DNA of 64,000 nucleotides from Deltaproteobacteria bacterium (GCA_033763315.1 JANRKS010000035.1:64001-128000); one strand, 5' to 3'; positions 9,008 to 18,211 are shown, counted from the first letter of the stretch. A program made the numbers and translations. The notes: generated from the letters alone by a model not told the origin.

Positions 9008-10461
9008 CGTTTGAGGCGTGCGAAGCGCAACGCCGCACCGCCGGGGTAATCGCTGGCCTGCACATCGTTGAACGCGATCTCCGCGACGATCTGAGGCTTG
9101 ACATGTACCACAGCGCCTTCACGTCCAATCTCAAGCTGCGAGAACGTCTCCGTTTGCCAGCGCAGAGTTTCGTCGGTCATGCCTTTGAACGTCTTGCCCA
9201 GCATCACGAATCCGCCGTTAACCGGATCGCGCGCGCCCAGATGCAAGTTGCTCAGCCACCCCTGGCGCCGGCCGCTGCCCCACTCTATGGCCAGCACCAC
9301 AAGATCCAGCGTGTGCGTAGGCTTAAGCTTAAGCCAACTTTGCCCGCGGCGGCCGGCGGCGTATGGCGAAAGCAGGGACTTGGCCATCACCCCTTCATGG
9401 CCGTCTTGCATCGCGCGTGACAAAAACGCGTCGGCCTCTTGCGACGACGACGTCACCAACCGCGGCACAACATGTTCACCCTGTGTGATTTCACGCAACA
9501 GATCCCAACGTCCTTGCAGCGTCTCATCGATCACAGTGCGGCCATCAACCTGCAGCACATCGAACAACTTCAGCGACAGGGGCAAGCTTTGCTGCATGAC
9601 CTCAACGTCAACCTTGCGGCCTAACCGTTTCATTGTGACCTGAAAGGGCAACGGTCGACCGTCAGCCGCGAAAGCCAACGCCTCGCCATCTAAGACCAGC
9701 CGCTCGGCCCCCAGGCCCCGCACCACTTGCACGATCTCAGGCACAGACGCCGTGACTTTGTTCAGCGCACGTGAATACACCTGCACTTCATTGCCATCTT
9801 TGTGCACCTGCACGCGCACGCCATCCATCTTGTAATCGAACGCAGCCTCGCCCAACCTTTCAATGGCGGCATCTACGTCGGCTGCCGTGTCTGCCAACAT
9901 CGGCTGCACTGGCTCAAAGAGCCTCAGGTCGAATGCAGAGAGGCCGCTTTCGCCTTGTTTTGCCAACGCGGCGGCCACCGGCGGCACACCACCAGCAAAC
10001 ATCACCGCCCGCCGCACCTTTTCGAATGGGATGCCAAACGCTTGTGCAACCGCTTCGACCACCAAAGCCTCAAGCGCGCCCTGCCCCAGTTCACCGATAA
10101 GCAAGCGCACCAAAAACGTTTGCTCCGGCGCCGTGGCGCGCCCCAACAAAGCGGACAGCAGTTCCTGCCGTCGTGTGCCCGAGCCGGCGCCGGCTTCTGC
10201 CTTTAGACGCTTTAGCGCCGCATCAACATCCGACAACAACAGTGTTGATGTTTGCGCGGCGGGCACACTCAATTTCTGCAACAGCACATACCCCACGCCC
10301 ACCTTGCCTTGTGGCACTTCGCCCGCAAGATAAGACGCGGCCACGGCCGTCAATTCGTGCGGCAGCGTCTTAAAGTAAGCCGAAAGACGCGCGGTCTTTT
10401 CACGACGGCTGCGCGTGCCCGCCACCTGTTGCGACACTTCCACGAGTTCATGCAACTTCAC
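8911..10461 (-). CDS. ligB: ATP-dependent DNA ligase (LigB type)
   Basis: PMLA, DYKMDGVR (KxDG), VLDGE, FDVL, HEGVMAK, WLKLK, LRFAR..RPDK; start probably GTG 10461. Confidence 0.92.
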   Translation of the reverse strand: MKLHELVEVSQQVAGTRSRREKTARLSAYFKTLPHELTAVAASYLAGEVPQGKVGVGYVLLQKLSVPAAQTSTLLLSDVDAALKRLKAEAGAGSGTRRQELLSALLGRATAPEQTFLVRLLIGELGQGALEALVVEAVAQAFGIPFEKVRRAVMFAGGVPPVAAALAKQGESGLSAFDLRLFEPVQPMLADTAADVDAAIERLGEAAFDYKMDGVRVQVHKDGNEVQVYSRALNKVTASVPEIVQVVRGLGAERLVLDGEALAFAADGRPLPFQVTMKRLGRKVDVEVMQQSLPLSLKLFDVLQVDGRTVIDETLQGRWDLLREITQGEHVVPRLVTSSSQEADAFLSRAMQDGHEGVMAKSLLSPYAAGRRGQSWLKLKPTHTLDLVVLAIEWGSGRRQGWLSNLHLGARDPVNGGFVMLGKTFKGMTDETLRWQTETFSQLEIGREGAVVHVKPQIVAEIAFNDVQASDYPGGAALRFARLKRYRPDKRAAEANTIADVLALLPEPARAARRNS

Positions 10462-10525
10462 ACACGCAACTTTGTCAGAGTCCGCGAGGGCGTGCCATGC
10501 AAGGCCCAGTTCCAAGGAAGTGACG

Positions 10526-11539
10526 CTAGCGGCTGTTGCCTGCAAACTTAGGCTGCGCGTGCATCAACTTGAGGCCTGCCGTTGACGCTTGGGCGCGCCA
10601 GCCGCCCGCGCTTGCGGGGACCAGCACCGTTTGCATAGGCGAAAGCGCCACGGCTCCGCCTTGCGTGCGCAGCTCCCCGGCGCCACCTAAGCACGTGACA
10701 AGCGAGCACACCTTTTTGCCGTTTGGCGGGTGGGTCGTCACTTCACCCTCGACCAACAACCGCTCTTCCACCGTGAAGAACGCACAATCGGCCAGCGTGC
10801 GCACAAGCCCGCCGGCGGGGTGCGGGCCCACCTCGGCCCGCACGGCACCAAAGCCTGTGCGTGAGAAATCGATCGTCTCAAGCGATTCTTTCACGTGCAA
10901 CGGCCGCGGTTTGCCATCCAGCCCCACACGCCCCCAATCCCACACGCGAAACGTGATGTCGCTGCTCTGTTGCACTTCGTAAAGCAAACAGTTGTTTCCA
11001 AGCGCATGCACGGTCCGCGCCTGCAGGAAGAAGAAATCGCCATCATGCGTTTCGAAACGATTCAGGGTTTCCTCAACGCGCCCTTGCGCCAACGCGGCCT
11101 CGAAGGCCGCGCGATCAACATGAGGCTTCGTGCCTTGGTAAAGTTCGCCGCCGTCGCCGATCATCAGCCAGCATTCGGTCTTGCCGTTGCTGCCTAGATT
11201 CATGGCTTGAGCCAACTGATCATCGGGGTGCACCTGCACGCTCAAGCGCGCCGCCGCATCAATGAGCTTCACCAACAGTGGAAAACTGCCGCCCGGAAAA
11301 TCATCGCCCACAAGTTCTTTGCCGCGCGCCCTCGTCAAGTCGCGCAGGGTGGTTCCCTTCCAAGGGCCTTCCTGCACAACGCTCATGCCGCGATCTTGAT
11401 CGGCGAGATCCCACGACTCACCCACCGGGCCTTCAGGCAGATCTTGGCGATACGCCGCCATCTTGCGTCCACCCCACACCAGAACTTGATACGTGGGCGC
11501 AAACCGCAACGGCGACAACAGAGGCAAGACGTCAGACAT
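10526..11539 (-). CDS. manA: Mannose-6-phosphate isomerase, type I (cupin)
   Basis: VWGG, GESW, FPLLVKLIDA..LSVQVHP, KTECW, TVHALG, EVQQSSDITFR. Confidence 0.88.
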   Translation of the reverse strand: MSDVLPLLSPLRFAPTYQVLVWGGRKMAAYRQDLPEGPVGESWDLADQDRGMSVVQEGPWKGTTLRDLTRARGKELVGDDFPGGSFPLLVKLIDAAARLSVQVHPDDQLAQAMNLGSNGKTECWLMIGDGGELYQGTKPHVDRAAFEAALAQGRVEETLNRFETHDGDFFFLQARTVHALGNNCLLYEVQQSSDITFRVWDWGRVGLDGKPRPLHVKESLETIDFSRTGFGAVRAEVGPHPAGGLVRTLADCAFFTVEERLLVEGEVTTHPPNGKKVCSLVTCLGGAGELRTQGGAVALSPMQTVLVPASAGGWRAQASTAGLKLMHAQPKFAGNSR

Positions 11540-11583
11540 CGCTGCAGAATAAGGGTTCGCGCGCACCCACGCAATCACGCGCC

Positions 11584-12567
11584 CTACAACACAAACACCA
11601 ACAACAGCCCCACCAACGCCACCAACACGCCCCCCGCGACGAGCGCCAACCACAGCGCCCCGCCGCCTCCACGCGACATCCGCACCGTGCTGCGACCTAC
11701 CGGCGTCAACACGGGATCTGTACGCCGCGTGACGCGTCGGCCTTGGCTGGGCGCGCGCGTGAAGGTTGTGGGCGCGGAGGCAGCCGGCGCGACCACATCA
11801 GACGGCGCTTCCATCAGCCTCAAGTAGCGGTCCTCCGGATCGTCCAAACGCACGCGCGTCGATCCGAAGCTGATTTCATCGCCATCGCCCACACGGGTGG
11901 GTGCTGTGATGCGTTTGCCCGCCACATGAACGCCGTTTTTCGAACCGAGATCTTGCACGAAGATGCCATCCCAACGTCGCTCGAAGCCCGTGTGTTCACG
12001 GGAGACATCGGCGTCCGTCAGGACCAAATCACACGTGCCACCGCGCCCCAAGCGATACATGCGTCCATTGTCGGGCAACGGCAAGCGCTGCCCCTCGTCG
12101 GGCCCACCCACCACTTCGACAACGGCCACTTCTGTTGGCCGGACGGCGCCAAATAGATCTGCCACCAAACGGCGAGCGATGGTGGTGGTGCCATGCACCT
12201 CCCCTTTGGCGCTCGTCAACAAATCAGCGCCATCAACCGCCACACCCGCGAACACCACTGTGATGTCGGCCAAACGCAGCTCATCGCCGGGACGCAGTGG
12301 CTCGGGGCGATTCGCGGAAATGCGCCGCGGCCCGATCCACGTGCCGTTCACGCTGCCCATGTCCTCCACCCACCACTGCTCATCCAGCGCAAAAATGCGG
12401 GCGTGCAGCGTGGATACGGTCGGGAACGGCAGGGTTAAATGTAAATCAGCGCCGCGGCCCAAGCGCACTTCGCCTTGGGCGGCCTCGGCCTCCACCATGC
12501 GCTCCGTTGAACGCGCGCCACCCGACAACGCCGGGGGTCGAAGAATGAGACGTACACGCTGGTTCAT
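11584..12567 (-). CDS. Tandem FHA-domain protein with C-terminal membrane anchor
   Basis: two FHA signatures (LGRG..TVSTLHA..DMGSVNGT; LGRG..DVSREHT..DLGSKNGV); terminal hydrophobic helix. Confidence 0.88.
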   Translation of the reverse strand: MNQRVRLILRPPALSGGARSTERMVEAEAAQGEVRLGRGADLHLTLPFPTVSTLHARIFALDEQWWVEDMGSVNGTWIGPRRISANRPEPLRPGDELRLADITVVFAGVAVDGADLLTSAKGEVHGTTTIARRLVADLFGAVRPTEVAVVEVVGGPDEGQRLPLPDNGRMYRLGRGGTCDLVLTDADVSREHTGFERRWDGIFVQDLGSKNGVHVAGKRITAPTRVGDGDEISFGSTRVRLDDPEDRYLRLMEAPSDVVAPAASAPTTFTRAPSQGRRVTRRTDPVLTPVGRSTVRMSRGGGGALWLALVAGGVLVALVGLLLVFVL

Positions 12568-12582
12568 GCGCGCAAATCGAAG

Positions 12583-13089
12583 TTACGGGTGCGGCCGGCG
12601 TTTGCCTGCCACCGGATCGATGGACCAGCGCCACTGCGCGTGGCTGCCCCCACCCTCAACGCCGCGTATGCGGATGCGCATCGCTTCGCCTTTCACAAGG
12701 CCGCGCCCCAACGAGCCGCCCAGCAGCAATCCAGCCAGACCTGACAAAATCGGCTCGTGCGCCACCAACGCCACACGCCGCAAGGGCGCGAGCTCTCGCA
12801 GCAGTTCCACCACAGCCAGGGGCGACGCTTCGGGCACGAGCCGCGGATCCACCACCACACGACCGGCGTGTTGTAGGCAGCTGATGACGATCTCGGCGGT
12901 TTGCACCGCGCGCACAAGCGGGCTCGACACCACCACATCAAAGCGGCTGCCGGTGCGCAATAAGGTGCGGGCCACACGTGCGATCTCTTGGCGGCCCCCG
13001 GGGGTGAGCGCGCGATCTTCATCGCGGCCCGCCTCACCGGCGGTGCCGTGCCGTATCAACGTCAGCGTCAAAGTTGCTGCGTCAGCCAC
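12583..13089 (-). CDS. sixA: Phosphohistidine phosphatase SixA family
   Basis: LIRHG..DEDRALT, SSPLVRAVQTAE, LVAHEP. Confidence 0.85.
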   Translation of the reverse strand: MADAATLTLTLIRHGTAGEAGRDEDRALTPGGRQEIARVARTLLRTGSRFDVVVSSPLVRAVQTAEIVISCLQHAGRVVVDPRLVPEASPLAVVELLRELAPLRRVALVAHEPILSGLAGLLLGGSLGRGLVKGEAMRIRIRGVEGGGSHAQWRWSIDPVAGKRRPHP

Positions 13090-13099
13090 GCTCTTTCCC

Positions 13100-13636
13100 T
13101 TAGGCTTCGCCGGCCACGCCTGGGCTGGTGTTTACCGCTGGTAGTGCGATGCCAGATTCACTGGCAACGGCAGGCGGCTCGGGCAATGGACCTGGATCGA
13201 CGTTGTGTGCCTTAAGCGCGGCCAAGTAATGATCGCGTTCAAGCTGTGCCCGCACCAAGCGCGCACGCATCACATCGTTGTTCTTCTTGAGGCGATCGAT
13301 TTCGGCAATGTCGCGCATCCGCGTGGCGTCCATCTTGGAAGCGCGCGAGAAGGCTTTGATGAAATCAGCCATGTCCAAATCGTTGACCGGCGTGGCCTTG
13401 TAATGGCCCAATTCAACCTTCTCGATGGCGCCTTCTGCGGCCAATCCCAGGAGCGATCGCACCACCTGAACTTCAGCCGCGCCGATGGACAAAGCCACAT
13501 CAACGGGGGTGAACACAGCGCCAGTCTCTGCCCGCCTTTTCAGATCGTCAAACAAACGCTGACGATCAACCTTCGACCCTACTTCACCGCTCCCCAAAGA
13601 TGATCCCTTGGTTCCCGAGCCGCGTTTCATGCTCAT
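13100..13636 (-). CDS. Hypothetical protein, probable winged-helix plus coiled coil
   Basis: FTPVDVALSIG..QVVRSLLGLAAEGAIEKVELGHY resembles wHTH; coiled coil EIDRLKKNNDVMRARL; GGAGG RBS. Confidence 0.65.
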   Translation of the reverse strand: MSMKRGSGTKGSSLGSGEVGSKVDRQRLFDDLKRRAETGAVFTPVDVALSIGAAEVQVVRSLLGLAAEGAIEKVELGHYKATPVNDLDMADFIKAFSRASKMDATRMRDIAEIDRLKKNNDVMRARLVRAQLERDHYLAALKAHNVDPGPLPEPPAVASESGIALPAVNTSPGVAGEA

Positions 13637-13757
13637 GTGGCCTACCTCCCGTGGTCATTGGTTATACCAGGGGGATGGCAATGGCGGGCAGGAAGTTGTC
13701 GGCCGCTTGCGCGGGCATCGCGGGGGCGGCGCCCGAAGCGGTGATATAAAGCTGCAG

Positions 13758-16700
13758 GTGAGCTCGAACCTGCTACACGGCGAAGGGGCGCCTGAAACAG
13801 CGACGGAAAAGGGGGAGTTGCCCCGCGCGATCGGCGCGGCGTGGCCGCCTTTGCCGGGAGCCATCCTGCTTGATCGGTACCAACTGCAATCGGTGATCGG
13901 CGAGGGCGGGTGCGGAATGGTTTTCCGCGCCAAGGATACCCTCCTTGATCGCGAAGTTGCGGTCAAAACCACGCTGGAAACAAGCGATGCGGCGTGGCGC
14001 GAGTTTGATCGTGAGATTCGCTTGCTTGCACGGCTGCCACACCCGGCCATCGTCCAGTTGCTGGATCATGGGAGGGTGCCCTTGGGCGGCCCGGTTTTGG
14101 TGATGGAGTTGCTTTTCGGCCATACCTTGCGCGAAGAGCTGCAAAAAGGCGCCATGGCCGCGTCGCAAGCCTGCCGACTCGTTGCGCGTGTTCTTGGAGC
14201 GCTGGCGTTTGCGCACGATCTGGGCATCGTTCATCGTGACCTCAAGCCTTCGAACGTTTTCTTGGTGCAGGGCAGCGCGCATAATGCAACCTTGCTCGAT
14301 TTCGGCGTGGCCCACGAGAGAACGGGCTGGCAGCAGCCCTCGCGAAGCGGCGTGGGAACCCCGCTTTATATGGCGCCTGAACAAGCAAGTGGTGACGTCG
14401 ACATCGATGGACGTGCGGACGTGTTCGCCGCGGGATGTTTGTTGGTTGAATGCATTACGGGGCGCCCCCTGTTTCAGGGTCTGGGGCTTGCGCCCTTTGC
14501 AAAAGCAATGCTTTCCGAACGCGTGGTGACCGAAAGCGCTCTTGCACGGGTTCCTCCCCACCTCAGGAGCCTCGCCCACAGGATGTTGGCTAGCCGTCGA
14601 GACGAACGCCCCAGCAACGCCGCAGCGCTCGCGGCACAGTTGTTGAGCATCGCCGACGAACTCTCGGACGCACCCGTGGCCGACGTAGGCACATGGGTAG
14701 GTCCTCGCGAGGCCCGCTCGCTCGCCATTTTGCTTGTGCGCCTCCCCGGGCGGTTGGCACCTCGGCCGCGGATCGAGGACATGCAAGACGTCGTTGCACC
14801 ATGGGGAGGCACCATCTATGCCTTGCCGGGGGACGTGCTGCTGGGCACGTTCGGCGTCGCAGGCAATGCTGTGGATCAAACCACCCGTGCGGCCAACGCA
14901 GCGTTGGCACTGCGCGCGGTCTTGCCACACGCATCGATGGCGCTCAGTCTTGCCCGCGCCACCGTCGAACATCACGAACTCGTGGGGCCGGCGATTGATG
15001 AAAGTGTGCGTCTCCTCGAAGGCGCTGCTGTGGACGATGATGCAAGTGCCATCGAACTTGATGACAATGCCGCGGCCTTGCTGGCGGATCCTTTTGTTGT
15101 TGACCAACGCCAAGGCGGGGCGAAACCAACGTTTCGCTTGCTTCGAAAAGCAAGCAACCGCGGGACGTCACGCACGGTGTTGGGCAAAGCGGTTCCATTC
15201 GTGGGAAGGGAGCGTGAGCTTGCGTTGATCACGGCAAGCATCACCAAATCCTGGCAGCAGGAGCAGGCACACGTTGCGCTCATCACCGCTCCCGCCGGGG
15301 GCGGCAAATCGCGTCTGATGCGTGAGGTTGTGGATCAAGTTTCCAAGGCCAACCGTCCGGTGCTTGTATTGTCGGGTCACGCCGATGACCTTCGATCGGG
15401 CGCGCCCTACGGCCTCATCACATCTGCACTCGCATCCGCCACAGAGATCACAGCCGAAGACACCCCGCCCGCGAGACAACGTAAGTTGAACATGTTTGTT
15501 GGATCTGTGGCGCAAACAAACGCTGCGAGCGACGAATTCACGTCACGCGTTGCCTCTGTGCTCGGCGAACTTTTAGGCGCCCGGTTTCCTGACCACGTTT
15601 CAACCCAGCTGCGCGCCATTCGGCAAGAGCCACGGCTGCTGGCAGATCAGGTCCACTTGGCGTGGATCGATTTGTTAGCGGCCGCCTCCACAAAACACGC
15701 GCTGATTCTTGTCGCTGAGGATCTGCATTGGGGCGATGCACCTAGCCTTCATCTTTTAGAATCATCAGTTCGTACACACGCCGATCGAGCGCTGTTTGTG
15801 TTGGCGACGGCTCGTCCCGAAGTCGAACAGCGGTTTCCGGATCTGTGGTCAAAGCTTTCGCGGGTCACACGCTTCGCAGTGCCCCAGCTCGACCAGGCCG
15901 CCTGTGTGAAATTGGCCTCGGGCGTGTTTCCCGCGATGCCCGAGGAACAAGTGCAATTGCTGGCCGATCGCTGTCAGGGGAATCCCTTCTTTCTTGAAGA
16001 GCTCCTGCGCGCCGCGGCCTCACAAACCATGACGGACGCCCCTGCACCACGCACCATCTTGGCGGCGCTGCAAGCCCGCTTGGATGCGGTTGGCGAAGAT
16101 GGTAAACAAGTGCTGCGCGCGGCCAGCGTGTTCGGCGAACGTTTTCGCAAAGCGGCCGTAGAGGCCCTTCTTGATCCTCGGTTGCGCATAGACGTGCCAA
16201 CGTGGCTTGAGCTTTTGGAAGCGCGCGAAATCTTGATGCGTGAAAACGAACAGCGAGAACGTTGGGCTTTCCGGCACGCTTTGGTCCGCGACGCGGCGTA
16301 TGACGCCTTGACAGACATCGATCGCAGAACCGCCCACCAAGGTGCCGCGGTGGTTTTGCAGGATCTGGGTGAACAAGACGCCGGCGTGATCGCCGAGCAT
16401 TGGGAACGCGGTGGGAAACGCGAGAACGCGGGCAACCATTGGCGCATCGCTGCGGAGCAAGCGCTTGCCGCGCACGACGTCACAAACGCTTTGCAAAAGT
16501 GCGATCGTGCGGATGCCGCCGGCCTGACAAACAGCGCTCGAGGGCTTGTTCTGATTACCCGCGCCAAGATCGCCGACTGGAAAGGACAGTGGTTGGATGT
16601 TGAACAAGCGGCCGCACAGGCGTTGGACCTGGTTGATGAAGAAGCTTGCATCGAAGCGTTGTGTGAGCGGCTGATCGCGCTGGGGCAGCTAGCGCGCTGG

Positions 16701-17708
16701 GATGAACTTAAGTTGAGGTATGCAGAACTGCGTGCGCGACGAACCACACCTCCCACGCGGAAGTGGATGATTGCCGCGCTTCGTTCACTCGGATCGTTGA
16801 CCTTTTCTGGCGACGACCAGCTGGTGCGAGAGCTGTTGCTTGAGTTATTTGCTTTGAGTTCAAGCGAAGACAAGATGCTCAACGGCCTTTGGTGGTCGCT
16901 TCATTCGTTGCTGGCGATGCCCCTTCCCGAGGTCGGCATCGACAAGGTGACGGGAACCACGCGGGCTGTGCAAGCGTTGTTGGCGGCCGGCGATTTAAAC
17001 AACGCCTGTATCAACCTCAACAACTTGACTACCTTTTTGCTGGAAGCCGGGCGGGCAACCGAGGCCGAACAAAAAGCCAACGAACTGCTCGCGCTTTGCC
17101 GCCGGGTTGAGCATCGCTTTATACTTCCGTTTGCCCACCTAAACCTGGCGCAGGCGCTTTTGTCGCAGGGACGTCAAGACGCGGCGCGGCCACACGCGGA
17201 AGAAGCCGCTGAGCTTGGCAGGATCCAAGGCGATCCGCGAATTGAAAGTTTCGCCCGCTTCCTCATCGCTCAAGCGGCGATGGAAAAAGGCGATGTGGTT
17301 GGCGCGGAGGACTACGCACGCGCAGCGTTGGAGCTCGCGCAAGGTGTTGCGGACGTTTCAGTGTTGGCGCGGGCGGTCCTTCTGCGCGTGCTGATGCCCG
17401 AACATCCCGAGCTCGGTCAATTGTGCACTGAGGTCAGAGCGTATTTGCAGACCAGCCCCGTGCCACCCACGTGCCCTTGGTTCATATGGGTTTCGCTGAT
17501 GGATGGTCTAAAGAAAATTGGCCAACAAGATGCGTTGACCAAGCTTATGAATACGGCGCTTGAAGAACTTGATCGCTGGCTAAAAATGTTACCCAGCGCC
17601 GAACACCGACGCTGGGCTCTGGATGGTTCTCCTGACATCGGGCAGCTGGTTCGCTTGGGCCGCGAACTCCAAGCGCCGACCTCCATTGAACAAGCCTGGC
17701 CTAGATGA
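13758..17708 (+). CDS. Ser/Thr protein kinase - cyclase-like domain - STAND/AAA_16 ATPase - TPR multidomain signalling protein
   Basis: GEGGCG, VAVK, HRDLKPSN, DFG, YMAPE kinase motifs; PFVGRERE, APAGGGKS, LVAEDLHW, GNPFFLEE, FRHALVRDAAY STAND motifs; helical TPR-like C-terminus; start uncertain (ORF opens at 13608). Confidence 0.9.
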   Translation: MSSNLLHGEGAPETATEKGELPRAIGAAWPPLPGAILLDRYQLQSVIGEGGCGMVFRAKDTLLDREVAVKTTLETSDAAWREFDREIRLLARLPHPAIVQLLDHGRVPLGGPVLVMELLFGHTLREELQKGAMAASQACRLVARVLGALAFAHDLGIVHRDLKPSNVFLVQGSAHNATLLDFGVAHERTGWQQPSRSGVGTPLYMAPEQASGDVDIDGRADVFAAGCLLVECITGRPLFQGLGLAPFAKAMLSERVVTESALARVPPHLRSLAHRMLASRRDERPSNAAALAAQLLSIADELSDAPVADVGTWVGPREARSLAILLVRLPGRLAPRPRIEDMQDVVAPWGGTIYALPGDVLLGTFGVAGNAVDQTTRAANAALALRAVLPHASMALSLARATVEHHELVGPAIDESVRLLEGAAVDDDASAIELDDNAAALLADPFVVDQRQGGAKPTFRLLRKASNRGTSRTVLGKAVPFVGRERELALITASITKSWQQEQAHVALITAPAGGGKSRLMREVVDQVSKANRPVLVLSGHADDLRSGAPYGLITSALASATEITAEDTPPARQRKLNMFVGSVAQTNAASDEFTSRVASVLGELLGARFPDHVSTQLRAIRQEPRLLADQVHLAWIDLLAAASTKHALILVAEDLHWGDAPSLHLLESSVRTHADRALFVLATARPEVEQRFPDLWSKLSRVTRFAVPQLDQAACVKLASGVFPAMPEEQVQLLADRCQGNPFFLEELLRAAASQTMTDAPAPRTILAALQARLDAVGEDGKQVLRAASVFGERFRKAAVEALLDPRLRIDVPTWLELLEAREILMRENEQRERWAFRHALVRDAAYDALTDIDRRTAHQGAAVVLQDLGEQDAGVIAEHWERGGKRENAGNHWRIAAEQALAAHDVTNALQKCDRADAAGLTNSARGLVLITRAKIADWKGQWLDVEQAAAQALDLVDEEACIEALCERLIALGQLARWDELKLRYAELRARRTTPPTRKWMIAALRSLGSLTFSGDDQLVRELLLELFALSSSEDKMLNGLWWSLHSLLAMPLPEVGIDKVTGTTRAVQALLAAGDLNNACINLNNLTTFLLEAGRATEAEQKANELLALCRRVEHRFILPFAHLNLAQALLSQGRQDAARPHAEEAAELGRIQGDPRIESFARFLIAQAAMEKGDVVGAEDYARAALELAQGVADVSVLARAVLLRVLMPEHPELGQLCTEVRAYLQTSPVPPTCPWFIWVSLMDGLKKIGQQDALTKLMNTALEELDRWLKMLPSAEHRRWALDGSPDIGQLVRLGRELQAPTSIEQAWPR

Positions 17709-18048
17709 GCCCGCGGCTGTGGTTGTACTTGAATCCACCTGCCTTCACGCCGCTCTTCACGAGCACGCGGTTGTGGTTGTAGCGGAATCCGCCGGCCTTA
17801 ACGCCGCTCTTCACGAGCACGCGGTTGTGGTTTACCTTGAACCCACCTGCCTTGACGCCGCTCCTCACGAGCACGCGGTTGTGGTTGGTTCGGAACCCGC
17901 CAGCCTTCACCCCGCTCTTCACGAGCACGCGGTTGTGGTTGGTTCGGAACCCACCTGCCTTCACCCCGCTCTTCACGAGCACGCGGTTGTGGTTGATCTT
18001 GAAACCGCCAGCTTTAAGGCCCGACTTGGTACGGATGACGCTCTTCAT
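17701..18048 (-). CDS. 115-aa cationic tandem-repeat peptide (6 x 18 aa, KSGVKAGGFxxNHNRVLV), function unknown
   Basis: ATG with AAGGA RBS; repeat copies differ mostly at synonymous third positions in this frame (Ala-Gly-Gly as GCA GGT GGA, GCC GGC GGA, GCT GGC GGG, GCT GGC GGT); has its own upstream promoter motif. Confidence 0.85.
   Translation of the reverse strand: MKSVIRTKSGLKAGGFKINHNRVLVKSGVKAGGFRTNHNRVLVKSGVKAGGFRTNHNRVLVRSGVKAGGFKVNHNRVLVKSGVKAGGFRYNHNRVLVKSGVKAGGFKYNHSRGLI
17704..18027 (-). repeat. Six tandem 54-bp coding repeats
   Basis: period 54 bp; core CACGAGCACGCGGTTGTGGTT (plus strand) identical in five copies. Confidence 0.95.
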
Positions 18049-18115
18049 GGTTTTCTTCCTTTGGTTGAGTTCCCGGTTGTGAACGACAGGACCAATTCCC
18101 GTCGAGGTTGCCTAC

Positions 18116-18132
18116 TTCACAACGCATGCCAA
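18116..18132 (-). promoter_or_regulatory. sigma54-type promoter of the repeat-peptide gene
   Basis: minus strand TTGGCATG-CGTT-GTGAA (-24 GG intact, -12 GA variant as at 6587 and 6723). Confidence 0.55.
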
Positions 18133-18211
18133 CCCACCACAGTCCCGTAAACCATTGTAATGATTACACATTAGGAGAATCCTCCGGCGCCAATCCGTCC
18201 TGCTCTTCGCC

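Noticed and set aside
7889-10461. Prophage or mobile element suggested by TopIB and DNA ligase
   Set aside because: No integrase, transposase, structural genes or att-like repeats; the neighbours are stress genes
17704-18027. CRISPR array (identical 21-bp core recurring at a fixed period)
   Set aside because: The intervening sequences are near-identical rather than unique spacers, the period is 54 bp (a multiple of 3), variation is synonymous in one frame, and no cas genes are present
13758-18048. Classical NLR amyloid-signalling (BASS-type) pair
   Set aside because: That model needs the same motif at the receptor N-terminus and on an effector. The kinase N-terminus shows no KAGG/NHN motif, so amyloid remains only one hypothesis for the peptide
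17623-18150. Plus-strand 175-aa repeat ORF (ALHEHAVVV repeats) and the 85-aa ORF at 17825-18082
   Set aside because: Shadow frames of the repeat peptide: no RBS or promoter, the longer one overlaps the kinase gene, and copy-to-copy changes are non-synonymous
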